This document shows positions 12,676 to 24,849 of a stretch of DNA of 64,000 bases, piece after piece (the stretch's first letter is position 1; every line of letters starts with the position of its first letter). Below the pieces are notes generated by a model, which searched no databases, was not told where the DNA came from, and was given only the letters and a program-made list of their open reading frames with translations. This stretch comes from Octopus sinensis (lineage: Eukaryota): contig NC_043000.1 of the NCBI RefSeq assembly GCF_006345805.1, positions 142,662,001 through 142,726,000 of the forward strand. The letters are read 5' to 3'. The position numbers and the translations under genes were made by a program.

Positions 12676-12882
12676 CGAGGTGCTGAAAAGTTCCTAAATT
12701 TAGGTAAAATAAAATACAGGACTATCACTTAATTTTGATATTTTCCAGCACATTCCCCTCTCAGGTTCACTCGTGGCAACGGTCCTTCAGTTTTTCTAAG
12801 CCCTATAAAAGAACTCAGAAGTTTGAGTCTCCTGCCAGGCCTTCGCGATACCTGAACGCGAGGAACTTTTCAGCACCCGTCG
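12676..12882. mobile_element. mariner-type MITE (~207 bp), TA TSD
   Basis: TA|CGAGGTGCTGAAAAGTTCCT ... AGGAACTTTTCAGCACCCGTCG|TA terminal inverted repeats. Confidence 0.88.
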
Positions 12883-12896
12883 TATATACCAGCTTT

Positions 12897-13287
12897 TAGA
12901 TTGAGCTCATGTTTGGGCACCGCCTTGGAGACTTTTAGTTGAACTGATCGACCCTAATGTTTATTTTCTTTTTAAACATGTTGCTTATTTTATTGGTCTC
13001 TTTTACAGAACCACTAGGTTACGGTGACGTAAACACGCCAACACCGGTAGTCAAGCGGTGGTGGAGGATAAGCATAGATACAAAGACACTCACACACACG
13101 CCCACACACGCTTACATTCACATATGTATACGACGGACTTCTTTCTGTTTCCGTCTACCATATCCACTCTCAAGCCTTTGGTCAACCCGAGGTTATGGTA
13201 GAAAACAATTGCCCAAAGTGACATGCTCTGGGACTGAACCCAGTACCATGTGATTAGGAAGCAAACTTCTAACCGCAAGGCCATGTC
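12897..13287 (-). mobile_element. diverged family-A-related SINE
   Basis: Same module order as family A, with many substitutions. Confidence 0.8.
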
Positions 13288-13319
13288 TCTGTGTGTCTTT
13301 CCTGTGTCTTTCCTGTGTC

Positions 13320-13733
13320 GGTGAGCTGGCCGAAACTTTAGCACGCCGGGCGAAATGCGGAGCCGTATTTCGTCTGTCGTTACGTTCTGAGTTCAAATTC
13401 CGCCGAGGTCGAATTTGCTTTTCTTCCTTTCGGAGTCGATAAATTAAGTACCAGATACGCCATGGGGTCGATGTAATCGACTTAATCCGTTTGTCTGTCC
13501 TTGTTTGTCCTCTCTGTGTTTAGCCCTTTGTGGGTAGTAAAGAAATAGGTATTTCGTCTGCCGTTACGTTCTGAGTTCAAATTCCGCCGAGGTCGACTTT
13601 GCCTTTCATCCTTTCGGGGTCGATAAACTAAGTACCAGTTACGCACTAGGATCGATGTAATGGACGTAATCTCTTTGTCTGTCCTTGTTTGTCCCCTCTA
13701 TGTTTAGCCACTTGTGGGCAATAAAGAAATGAG
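13320..13733 (+). mobile_element. dimeric family-B SINE, 13-bp TSD
   Basis: Full unit 13320-13547 plus a 5'-truncated unit 13548-13733. TCTTTCCTGTGTC lies at 13307-13319 and 13737-13749. Confidence 0.92.
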
Positions 13734-13964
13734 AAATCTTTCCTGTGTCTTTCCTTAATAGGAATCTCGTACGCATGCGAAGAAAATTGAACTAGGAATA
13801 GAATCAGAATCATGTCGACCAATCCCTAACTACGGTGAATTATAATTTATCTTCGTTATAAAACAAAGATTATGTCCAGAGAAATTGTTGCAGTTATTGG
13901 GAGTTTGAATTAGCGTGTGCATATAAATTTCATTTAAAGTCATAATATAAATTTTAAATTTTGG

Positions 13965-14160
13965 AACAATGCAAGGAGGTTTGTGCCAGAGGGTCAGTCG
14001 ATTATGTCGACCCCAGTACTTAAGTAGTACTTGTTTTATTGACTACAAAAGGATGAAAGACAAAGTCGATCGCAGCGGGATTTGACATCAGAATGGAAAA
14101 ATAGGCGAAATGCCTCCAAGTATTTTGCCCGGCATGCTAACGATTTTTCCAGCTCACCCT
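13965..14160 (-). mobile_element. older family-B-related SINE
   Basis: Diverged GGATGAAAGACAAAGTCGA and TGCTAACGATTTTTCCAGCTCACC blocks. Confidence 0.75.
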
Positions 14161-15266
14161 CTTAATACTATAATATAAAAGATTGTCGAATAATCACCTA
14201 TTATATTATATAATATAAGAAAAAACGCATGCAAAAATTGCCATGACATGATAGTAAATATTTCACTACTGTAAAATTAATATTCAACGACTGTGGAAGT
14301 ATACTGATATCTTAAATTTTCTAGTATGTGTTAGCATTTTACAATATGTAGTGTGAGGTTTCTTTGTTAACTTCCTATTTACTGGAATTTCATGTTTAAT
14401 TACAAAAGACAAAGAAAATTTAAGAGCCATTACTTGGAGACAGATCAAATCTAATGATAGCATACAGTTGAACATGTCTCAATAAAGAGCCTGACATTCT
14501 AACTATATGTCCATAGGGAATAATTAATGATTCAAACATTTGCCTTTTCATCCACGTAATATACTGAGAATTAACCGTATAGTGTATCTCCGGCTGTGGA
14601 ATTATTCCTATAATGAAACAATATACAATATGAGTGTTTGCTTCATCCAGTCATCACACATGAGTCATTAGAAAAGCGATTGTCGTGACAATTCTGAGCC
14701 ACTAGTAAAGTGCTAACAGTAACTGCAGTCGACAAAAGACGAAAGGGCTATTTTCAATGACATATATGTAGTCAATAATACCACATATATGTTACTGAAA
14801 AATGAACTTTTTCTCACTTAAAGAATATGCTATCTTTAACGTATTTGTTAGCGTATTGCACTCACAATCACAAGACCATTGTTTCGATTACTGGGTGGTG
14901 CGTTATAATGTTGAGCAAATCTTACGTTGCTTCAGTGAATAATTTACCACCCTGGGAATGACTGGCGTCTTATTCAAAGAAATTTCGTGATCCCGGTATT
15001 TTATAAGCCATGAAAATAGGGTAGCTTGGCCGTATGAGACTTATGACTAGAGACAGTGCTTTATATGTTATTTTTACCATGTGGTGGTAGATAACACAAT
15101 TGCCAAGAAAGTGACAGAATTTTATGCATTATGAGGATTAAAGTGATGTACTTTTAAATCTGCTGTTGACTAAAATTATAATTGTTATCTGGTGAGCATG
15201 TTTTCTTTAATCACTTAAAAGTGCCTAAGCTGGTAAGAATTCCAGACCGCCCAGCATACTACTTAC

Positions 15267-15296
15267 AACACTTCTCAAACATCAAATCGACGTGCT
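15267..15296 (-). CDS. candidate symmetric 30-nt micro-exon (HVDLMFEKC), product unknown
   Basis: CCAATTTTAG acceptor, GTAAGT donor, single open frame (phase 1 to 1). Confidence 0.25.
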
Positions 15297-16049
15297 CTAA
15301 AATTGGTGTTAAAATAACTGTTTAAATAAGTTCGACTAAGTAAGTTCATATTGTTTTAAGTCAAAGAAACACATATATTCATTATTTTACACGCTTCATG
15401 ATGAAATTGCTCGGTATCATCTCAGTTCTTATTCTTTGTATAGGACGGAAACAACAAACCATAGGGAAGGAGGCATGAGATTATATTACGTTCATATACT
15501 AAGGCATCTTAGAACTTTGATTTAAATAGTACACTGATCACTCGCCATATCGCGGATCACCTACCGCGCCCTCAGTACATTTTTTTGGCTAATATATGTA
15601 AATTTATATCGCGGACTCCTCAGTATATCGCGGGTTTCTGCGGCCGATAGTTATTTATATTCTTTTTAGATTTTAACTATTTCTGTGGTAAAATAGCATT
15701 TTTACGCCTAAAACTTAATAGACTAATAAATAAAAACACAGTACAGAACTGCACTGTATAGCACATTGATTAGAATATCATAAAAGAAAATTCGTAGTTT
15801 ACCGTAGATGAGTAAACAAAGAATAATACTTACTGTATGGAAAACCAAATTATATGTTGGGAGGGTTTGTAAAAGCTTATATATTAATCAAAGGACATAC
15901 TATATATGTCTACCTCCTGGAAATAACAGGTTAAACTCCTATTTAGATCGCCAAAATACACAAATACACAAATAATAACTGCAGAAATCAACCGTCCGAA
16001 GGCAAATGGGCTAAGACAATCTCCGAGCATGCATTCAAGTATTTGGACT

Positions 16050-16101
16050 CACGTGGACTGGTTTCTGCACTGGAAATTATCCTCAGTTTCCTCAGCACGT
16101 G
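16050..16101 (-). ncRNA. type I minimal hammerhead ribozyme motif
   Basis: Minus strand: CACGTG-CTGAGGA-[stem II ACTG...CAGT]-GAAAC-CA-GTC-CACGTG. The core, GUC triplet and 6-bp stem I are intact. The stem II closing pair is degenerate. Confidence 0.75.
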
Positions 16102-16597
16102 TTACTATAATAGAGACCCCCATCCCGTCGTGTGGAAGTCTGTGCTGCTACTGATTCGTTTTGCATCGAAATCATAGAGGCCATGAGTTTGAAAATAATT
16201 TCAATACGGAGCAAATAATTCACGAGAAAAGAATAATTCACGAAAAAATAATTTGTGATGATAACATTGACTCTGTTACTATCTAGTGTAACAATTTAAA
16301 AATGATAATAACAGAATCAATAATACAGGCGATTGCAGGACCCTACAAAAAGCATTAAATAGCTGAAGGATTAAAATTAATCAAAGGATATACTAAATAT
16401 GTCTACTTGCTGGAAATATCAGTCAAAGCTCGTATTTAAATCGCCAAAATACAGTGATAATAACTACAGAAATCAACCGTATATTTGCACCGTATTGAAA
16501 TTATTTTCACATTGGTGGCTGCTATGATTTCGGTGCAAAACGAATCAGACGCAGCGCAAATTTCAACACGACTGGTTGGGGGTCTCTATCATGGTAA

Positions 16598-16649
16598 CAG
16601 ATGCTAAGGAAGCTGAGGCTATTTGCCAGAGCAAAAACCGGTCCACGTG
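16598..16649 (+). ncRNA. degenerate second copy of the same hammerhead
   Basis: CAGATG-CTAAGGA-AGCTGAGGCTATTTGCCAGAGCA-AAAAC-CG-GTC-CACGTG. Core positions G5 and G12 are mutated and the palindromic ACCGGT stem III is retained. Confidence 0.65.
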
Positions 16650-17709
16650 GTTCCAAATACCTGAATGCATGTTGGGAGATTGTCTTAGCCCGTTTGCCTT
16701 CGGATGGTTGATTTCTGTAGTTATTATTTGTGTATTTTGTCAACTTAAATAAGGATTTTGACTGTTATTTCCAGCAGGTAGACATATTTGGCATGTCCTT
16801 TGATTAATTTTAATCCTTCAGCTATTTAATGCTAATTTTGTGACCTGCAATTGCTATATTATTGACTCTGTTATTATCATTTTAACGTGTTACACTAGAT
16901 AATAATAGAGTCAATGGTTTCTTCGCAAATTATTCTTTCGTGAATTATTTGCTCCATATTAAAAGCTTAAATATATAAAAATAATAAAATAAATATATAC
17001 AACTTATAAAAATAGTATAAAATAGTATAGTAAAAAAATCTTCGAATGTATAGCGGATGTTTTCTGTGGCGGTACTATTTGAAAATGCCTACACACTACA
17101 AATGTATATTCTGTTGTCCATAAGAAAACAAATGGGAAAAGGTCGTAGATCAAGAAGTAAACATACGCCGAATGTTTCTATTGATAGTCAAATTTCTGGC
17201 GGAAGCCATTTTGCTTTCGATTAAGCTACTAAAATCCTAGAAAATGCATTTAGGCTACAGGCTTTCAAAATAGATAAATGCTGAGATGAAAATGATTACA
17301 TATTTAATAACTTTAAAGATTTTAGTAGCAGAATTAACATTTCCAAGTTGAATAGGTTCCTTTATGAAGGATGTGTTAATCTCAAGTTAAAACTTATATT
17401 TCTAAAGATACAAATATCGTGAACGAAGAAATTCGGGCATGTGCACAAAACAAAAGTGTTTAATTAAGAAATATAACCCTAAGGTAACTTCTGACACATG
17501 TAACATTTGCGAATTCGTTGCTTAATAAATACATGCAATCACGTTTATATGTCTTACGTATACAAGGAAAATAGACTAATTGATACGCTCTTATGTAAAA
17601 TAATACACTCGTGTATATGAACAGATAGTATGTGTGCGAATGTGTATCTATATATATATAGATATATATACACATATATACATGTATGTCTGTATTTATA
17701 TATGTATGT

Positions 17710-19050
17710 CATTATTTTGTTCTATTTCAAGATTTCTTACTAATAGAGAAAGAACCAATTCCTAACCTAGATCCAAGGCTACTTCATTGGAATATCAAAA
17801 GGGCAATTTTGTGTGCATATATGTAGATGTTCAAATTTGTGTTTTGTTTTATGTATATTGTTCTGCATATAGTTGCGTGTCTAGGCATACACATATATAT
17901 TTCAAGGATAAACTTCTTGAGAGTTTTACAGATTTTTACAGTTCCAGTGATGGTTTTCTCCTTTCTGGTTTTGAGAAGACTAATTACTCAATATTGGTAT
18001 TAAGGCAGTGTGTTACATACTCCAGTACTCCAATAATTACAGCTATAAACATGATCTTGTATTCAGGATAGAGTAGCTGTAAATTCTTCAATAATTCAAC
18101 ATGGGTATTTTCTTTATCGCTTTTCTTTAGCTTTAAGGTTAACATCCGCTGGGCAGCTGCTATCCACAACTGTACATAGTTACTCTTCTCTACCACAAAT
18201 TACTATGTCAAGTCTATTATGTTCACATTTTATTCGGGTTTTCAATTCTACATTCCACCTGTGCTCCTTTTCATTATGAATGGCTATGTCTTCTGCCATA
18301 CTGTAGGTTGTTATTGCTTTGGCCTCGAGGTTATCTTTTACACGGATCTCATACAATGTCCTAGCTACATAATGCCTCATCGGTATATAATACTCAGATA
18401 ACATTTTCGGACAGCTGCTTATTATGTAGGTGATATCTTCGGTGTTAACTCCACAAAGTCTGCATCTGTTGTCACATTTTAGTACTTTACCTGCGTCTCT
18501 GTTCCTTTTTTGCATCAGGTATTTTGTTGATATTTCTTCTTCCTGGAATGCAAACGTATACCCTTTAAAGTGGGAGTTAGTGACCTGGTTGTTGGTCCAT
18601 GACAGTGTGCTTTGATGATGAATATTACTATCATCACGGAGCTTTCTAATAATATATACATGTTTGGGCTTCTGTTGATATATGCTCGTCCTTTCATCTG
18701 GTGATACGTTGCGGTAGAGTCGTGAAAATTCTTTAGGAATGTACTTAAGGTTATCAGACAGGAAATGCCGGTTAAGAAGGTGCTTTCCAATTCTCATAAT
18801 ATCATCAGTCTCCTGTATGCAAACTTGGTCAAATGATGCACTCCGGCACTTGGTGGTGGAAATATGATACCGAAGGGGTGTGATACGACATTCAAAGGCA
18901 GTCTGGATTGATGTTAAGCCTCTGTCCTCTTGTTTTTATTTTAGAAAGAGGCGGTCTATGTCATTGCTGATCTGGAAATTATGTGTACTGGTTAGTCTCT
19001 TCTGGATTTTCACATCAATAGATCGGATGTCCAGCAAGCAGCCTAAATAT
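17710..19050 (-). mobile_element. R4/Dong-type RLE non-LTR retrotransposon, 5'-truncated and decayed
   Basis: ...NDIDRLFL..DRGLTSIQTAFECRI..., FAFQEEEISTKY, zinc knuckle CRLCGVNTEDITYIISSCP, HNRLDIVI (RLE PD-motif region), FIAVIIG (ORFs 18180-18797 and 17984-18196). Confidence 0.85.
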
Positions 19051-19204
19051 TGGGTATGAGTACTAGCACAAACTCGGTGAGGGACACGGTTTTACTGAAT
19101 GCAGAAAGTACCAATATATGTATGTATGTGTGTATGTATCTATGTATGTATGTATACGTGTACGTGTGTATGTATATGTGTGTGTGTTTGTATGTATGTA
19201 TATG

Positions 19205-19219
<15 letters not shown>

Positions 19220-19235
<16 letters not shown>

Positions 19236-19572
19236 ATATAAAATTACAAAAATGGGACAAGAACGCAAAACATCCAGACAGACGATACAAAGAAAACAAG
19301 GACGGGTCGTTCGGCGTTTTCTTTCCTCAGTCGAGTTCCATATTATCTTTGCAATTTCGGCTGGTTGTACTCATGATTGCTCCAATCTGGCCAGCCCGAT
19401 GGAAAACGTAAGCAGAGAGGATTAGATTCCTTGGAAGAAAGCAGCGAATGTATACGAATACAAGGACGAAAAAACAAGCGGAAAATGTTACACAAATACA
19501 AATGCAAATAACAGGATATAGCAACAGATGTCTTGGACTCGCTTTATGAGACTCCGCTGTTACGAGTCGAAA
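19220..19572 (+). mobile_element. non-coding repeat cassette ending in an HHR-like motif (possible PLE pLTR)
   Basis: Ends CTTTATGA-GACTC-CGCTGTTAC-GAGTC-GAAA. The following bases read as Tigger coding sequence. Confidence 0.4.
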
Positions 19573-20066
19573 GCACAAAATCCAAATTTTGAACTAAATG
19601 CAAATGTTTCTACTACCATAACAAATGCTTTTGCGTGTTACCGAAAAATTTATAGTGAGAAATAACAAGCTTCTTCTAAGCAAACAACTCTAGACTTAAT
19701 TTTTAAAAAGAAATCTTCAAGTATCTCTACGAGTGCTTGTGAATCGTCGATCACGTTTACAAGTGATGGTGTGCGCGAGTCTAATGCAAGTGAAAGTGAT
19801 CCAGGAAGTGATTATAATAGCATTTTAATTATAAATGATCTTGACATTTTTTTTTACTTTAGATAAAATATTCTTTACATTCTACTTTTGTTTTATTGCC
19901 ATTCATTTACGAATATTATAAATTTTATAGGTAGAATATTTTTTCTAGGAACGAAATACCATATATATTATTGCTATCATGGGAAGTTATTGCTCTGCTT
20001 TACTAGTTTTTGCTTAACGAGCGGTCTCTGAGAACAAATTAACCCGTTTGACGTGGCATCGCGATA
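19570..20066 (+). mobile_element. Tigger/pogo transposon 3' fragment (transposase C-terminus plus decayed TIR)
   Basis: KAQNPNFELNANVSTTITNAFACYRKIYSEK*QASSKQTTLDLIFKK resembles Tigger C-termini. The 3' end matches 22190-22335. Confidence 0.75.
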
Positions 20067-21366
20067 TATGAATGAAATATGTGTACGTGTAATTCCATAT
20101 GTGTATATGTATCTATTTATCTATGTACGCATTAATATCTATGTGAATATGTGTTTATATGTATGTACGTAATCTGGCAGGACCTACCCAACCACCAAAA
20201 CCCGTAGCCAACTTAGGGAAAATTTGAATGGAATGATTGAAACCTCTATGATCGGTGTTTAGTAATTGCTAGTTTGCTCTTATCTGGTTTAGGTATATGA
20301 TGGATGTAAGCTCTGTTTCGATGACAAGGTCACGCCAACAAGAGAAAGGGAATTAGGTTTCAGCGGATTTCGGGGGCCAGATGATGTGTTTAGCCGTTGT
20401 TAATTTGCACTTAGTTGTTGGCGAAATCTTTCTTACCACGACAAGGTTACGCTAACAAGAGAGAGGGACTTGTATTTCGGGAGATTTTGGCGATCAGATG
20501 ATAATGAACATGGAGATGTGTTGGAGTTTGTGGAGAGGAGGCAATAAAGAGCTCATTAATGTTGGTGGCCAGATAAATGGCAAAACTGAAAGGGCTTGGT
20601 TGTAGGAGAGGTAAAGTGATTCAAATGAGCAGGGGGAAAAGGCGTGGTAAGGAGGAGGAAGTTGGTGGGTCAGGGTGGTGGGTAGATTGATAAACGTAAT
20701 TAGATGCTGGGTAGGGGAACGTACTTGTACGCTCGCAATCTAACCCCTTTCGCCACAATCATCTTCCACCGATTTCACCTCATTTACAAAATTCAGGCCA
20801 TCCACACCCATGCATAACTTTTATACCATTTAGTTCTCTCTCTTTCTCTCTCATTTTCTCTCTTCCTCTCTCCCCTTCTCTTTCTCTGTTAGTCACTCTT
20901 CTATCCGCATCTACACTTAGCGACAAGGGGGAGCTCCTTTCTCTCTTCTCTCTCTTCTCTCTCTTCTCTTTCTCTCGGTCTCTCTCTCTCTCAGCTTCGC
21001 CTCTATCTGCATCTGCAGATGTCATTCGAATCCCATTTTTTAGAAAGATGATTTGTATTTATGAGTGATGGTGTGGGTGCAATGATTGAGTTAAGGATCT
21101 TTATTTATTTTTAATGAATCGAATAGGGTGAAATACAAACCATACAAACCTACTTGCGTCCATCACAATTCCATGAAATCGAATGAACATGGTAAGAAGT
21201 GAGCTAGCAGGCACTTACGACTTCATAATAGACTGTCTTATTATTTCCTAGTGGATTTCCAAAATGGCTTCATATTAGAATATTTTTATGGTTTCATTTA
21301 TTTTCCTTTCGAAAATGGTGACATGTGGCAATTTATATTCTTTCAGTCATATAAGAGAAGCATATA

Positions 21367-21747
21367 GGCGCAGGAGTGGCTGAGTGGTAAGTAGCTTGTT
21401 TACCAACCACATGGTTCCGGGTTCAGTCCCACTGCGTGGCACCTTGGGCAAGTGTCTTCTACTATAGTCTCGGGCCGACCAAATCCTTGTGAGTGGATTT
21501 GGTAGACGGAAACTGAAAGAATCCCGTCGTATATATGTACCTATATATATGCGTGTGTATGTTTGTGTGTCTGTGTTTGTCCCCCTAGCATTGCTTGACA
21601 ACCGATGCTGGTGTGTTTATGTCCCCGTTACTTAGCGGTTCAGCAAAAGAGACCGATAGAATAAGTACTGGGCTTTGCTCGATTAAAGGCGGTGCTCCAG
21701 CATGGCTGCAGTCAAATGACTGAAACAAGTAAAAGAGTAAAAGAGTA
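21367..21747 (+). mobile_element. tRNA-derived SINE, family A
   Basis: Full head to tail, with a short internal deletion. Confidence 0.92.
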
Positions 21748-22189
21748 TATACGACATTTCAAATTATGAAGGAATGGTTTCTGTTACACACTAGGGTCTA
21801 TTGTGATTGAAGAAGTACGATCGCGTATACAAACGGCTAAAATATGTTTTTTTTTTCTGAAGGATCTCCGGAATAACGTTTCTCTGCCGAATGCTTAGCT
21901 CAGAAAATTAGGGAATCTCTGCAGGTTGAGCCGCTGCTTCTCCGCATTGAGGGGTTACAGCTCCAGCGCTACGGGTACGTCGCAGGAAAAATTCACAAAA
22001 CGGTGTCTTCAAACCGAGTCAACTAGCAGAGAAAGGGGTAGACACAGAACGAGATGGCTGAATGATATTATTAATCTCAAAGCGTCATACTTGAGAGTCC
22101 AGCCTCAAAGCGCGATGACAGTTCCTTCCAATACGATTTTATGGTGGAGGAACCTGGAACCATGTTGTTGGGAAGCACGCTTCTTACCA

Positions 22190-22335
22190 TGACACGGTAC
22201 AATATTTTTCTGGGAACGAATTACGATTTATAACATTGCCACTATGGGAAATTATCGCTCCGCTTTACGAGTGTTCGCTTTACGAGCAGTCTCCGGGAAT
22301 TACTTAACTCGTATATTGAAGCATTATAGTATATC
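22190..22335 (+). mobile_element. Tigger-like 3' end fragment
   Basis: GGGAACGAATTAC...ATGGGAAATTATCGCTCCGCTTTACGAG is homologous to 19945-20060. Confidence 0.6.
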
Positions 22336-22364
22336 TTAATGAGAGTGTGTATGCATTATTTTTA

Positions 22365-22640
22365 ATCCTTTACTTGTTTCAGTCATTGATCTGCGACCAT
22401 GCTTGAGCACCGCACTTGAAAGATTTTAGCTGAATAAATCCCAGTATTTATTCTTATAACAACTTTATACTTGATTTGATTTATTCAACTAAAACCCTTC
22501 AAATGCCTGGTACTTATTCTATCGCTCTCGTTTCGCTGAAATACTATCTTACGGAGACGTAAACAGACCAACACTAGTTGTCAAGCAATGACAAGGAGAC
22601 AAAAACAGACAAAACGGTACACACAGATATATATCTCTGT
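22365..22640 (-). mobile_element. diverged family-A-related SINE, 3' half
   Basis: TTTACTTGTTTCAGTCATTG...CCATGCTTGAGCACC...GTTGTCAAGCAATG. Confidence 0.7.
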
Positions 22641-22683
22641 ATGTGAGCGCGCGCGTGTGTGTATGCGTGTATGCGTGTGAGTA

Positions 22684-22714
<31 letters not shown>

Positions 22715-23069
22715 ATTTGCGTTCGTTTGTTTGTAGATTGTTTGAAGTGACGTACAGAGATATAAAAATAGGAAGAAGTAGTCAGGGGGATTTAGATAAA
22801 CATTTTTTAAGGCTTTCATCTCCGATTCAAAATAACAAAGAACAACGCAGCCACTCCAAATCGCCTCTTCCCGAAACCTAAGGAACAATCTTAACTCTAG
22901 ATTTTTCTTCAACTAACATATATACAAAAGGAAATAACTTTCTACCTTTATATCATTCACAATTAATCTCTCAAGAAATATGAAAGCGCTGATGAGATTA
23001 TATATATATTGACACAAGGGATGAGATCAAATCCGTCCTCAACATATAAGCTAGAACATAACCTTTACT

Positions 23070-24310
23070 GCAATAAAAGAGTTAAAATACTATTCTGCTG
23101 TACGCCCTGATAGATTACCCGCTAGTTTCCTGAAGGAATGTAGACACCAACTTGCTGTCTCTCTGACCAACCTCTGGAGATATTCTTTAGACTCAGGTTA
23201 TATACGGAAACAGTTCTTATCCCAGTCTGTCATCCCCGTTTTCAAACAGAAAACAGATCCCCCTCAGTCAACTATCACCCAGTCTCACTCACCTCCGATA
23301 TCATCAAATTGTTTGAAAGGGTGGTGAGATCAAAGATAGCTATCTTCCTGGAGAGCCACAATCTCCTAAATTCAAACCATCATGACATTCGCTGCGGCGA
23401 GTACTGTCTAACACAGCTCTTGCACCACATCGATGACGCACTTAAACCCTTGGTATTAGGTTCGAATTCTGATGTCATATATCTTGACATCAGTATTTGA
23501 CAGAAACGACCGCAATACACTACTGTCAAAATTGCCAAATGTTGGGATCCGTAGAAAACTACTACAGTGGACTGGAGAACAGAACACATGTTATGATCGG
23601 TGGAATCCACTCAAACCCAGCAAATATAACTAGTGGTGTCCCTTAGGGTACTGTATTTTTGCCTGCTTCTGTTTATAGTCGACATAAGCAACCTTCCTAT
23701 CAGGAATGTCCGCATCAATAAGGTCGATATAGCTCGTAGGATGAGTTCCTGGATCCTAAGAACTTTCCGATCCAGAGAACAAGGTGTCATCATTCCTCTT
23801 TTCTCCTCTTTTGTACACCTTGAATACTGCTGCCCTCTGTCGTGTCCCCATACAAAACAAAACATTTCGAAAACTGAATCCCCCCAGAAGGAATTCCCAA
23901 AAAGAATTAATCTCGATTATTGGGGCCGCTTTAAGGGATTCAAACTCTATTATCTCCAGCGCTGCCGTGAGCGATACATCTTTTGCACGATGTGGAGAAT
24001 GTACCACCAATATTGCTCAAACGTCTTCATATGTCCCCTACCCAATTCAGTATCACAACACATAAATACACTACAACACAATTTGTTTTTTTCTCAACAG
24101 GCTCTTCCCTATTTAATATTGTCCCAGAACAGACCAAAAGGGAAAATGATTCATTCACATTTAAACGGAATTTGGACAAATGTCTTCAAGGAATACAATT
24201 TAAGCCACCTTTACCTGGACACAACTTACTCAGCGATATTCTGCGTTCCTCGTTGGATCTACGTCTGGAATTCCGAGATGCACGTAGGTTATATTTCAAA
24301 TGATTAATAC
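23070..24310 (+). mobile_element. CR1/L2-like LINE ORF2 fragment (RT and C-terminus), decayed
   Basis: PASFLKECRHQLA..LWRYSLDSG, MFERVVRSKIAIFLESHNLLNSNHHDIRCG..CLTQLLHHID, ARRMSSWILRTFRSRE...HLEYCCPL, FKLYYLQRCRERYIF. Confidence 0.88.
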
Positions 24311-24849
24311 AGAAGACGGAGTGTTACTAGAAGCAACTATTAGCACAATAATCGTTTCGTCTTCATTCTGCACTGCCTCCTAAATATATAGCTTCAAATT
24401 TTCTCTTAAGCTAGAAACTCACGTCAGAGTCACCTTTTGTAATCACCTAATAACTTACAAATATCTCATTATTAAAGTGGAAAAATTATCAGGAAGGCCA
24501 TTCCCATTTTTTTTTTCAAAAATGCACACATGTTCACACACAAACACTACACTAGCGCGCGCACACAGACACACACTCATATTCTACGGGCTTATTTCAG
24601 TTTCCAATTACCAATTCCCCACACAAGGCCTTGGTCTGTCTGGAACTGCAGTAGAAGACACGTAATAGAGCTGCCATAGAGCTGTTTCTTTCATTGGATC
24701 AACTGGAACCCTCGTCGGCGAAACCGACGGAATGCCATAGATATATGTATATACATATGTATATACATATATACATATATGTATATATATATATACATAT
24801 ATGTGTATACATATATGGATATACATATATTCATATATGTATACTGTTT

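Larger units (their letters stand above)
15880..16959. mobile_element. non-coding HHR-bearing multimeric element (PLE pLTR or retrozyme-like), head-to-head, 10-bp TSD
   Basis: 493-bp period (AAAGGA(C/T)ATAC at 15890 and 16383). An inverted, circularly permuted copy lies at ~16490-16959. TAAAAGCTTA flanks both ends (15870-15879, 16960-16969). Confidence 0.85.
15525..17075. mobile_element. Tigger/pogo-like MITE split by a 1.08-kb insertion (host parts ~15525-15879 and ~16970-17075)
   Basis: Start TACACTGATCACTCGCCATATCGCGG resembles a Tigger-type TIR. The sequence GGGAGGGTTTGTAAAAGCTTA|AATATATAAAAATAATAAAATAAAT reads through if 15880-16969 is removed. Confidence 0.6.
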
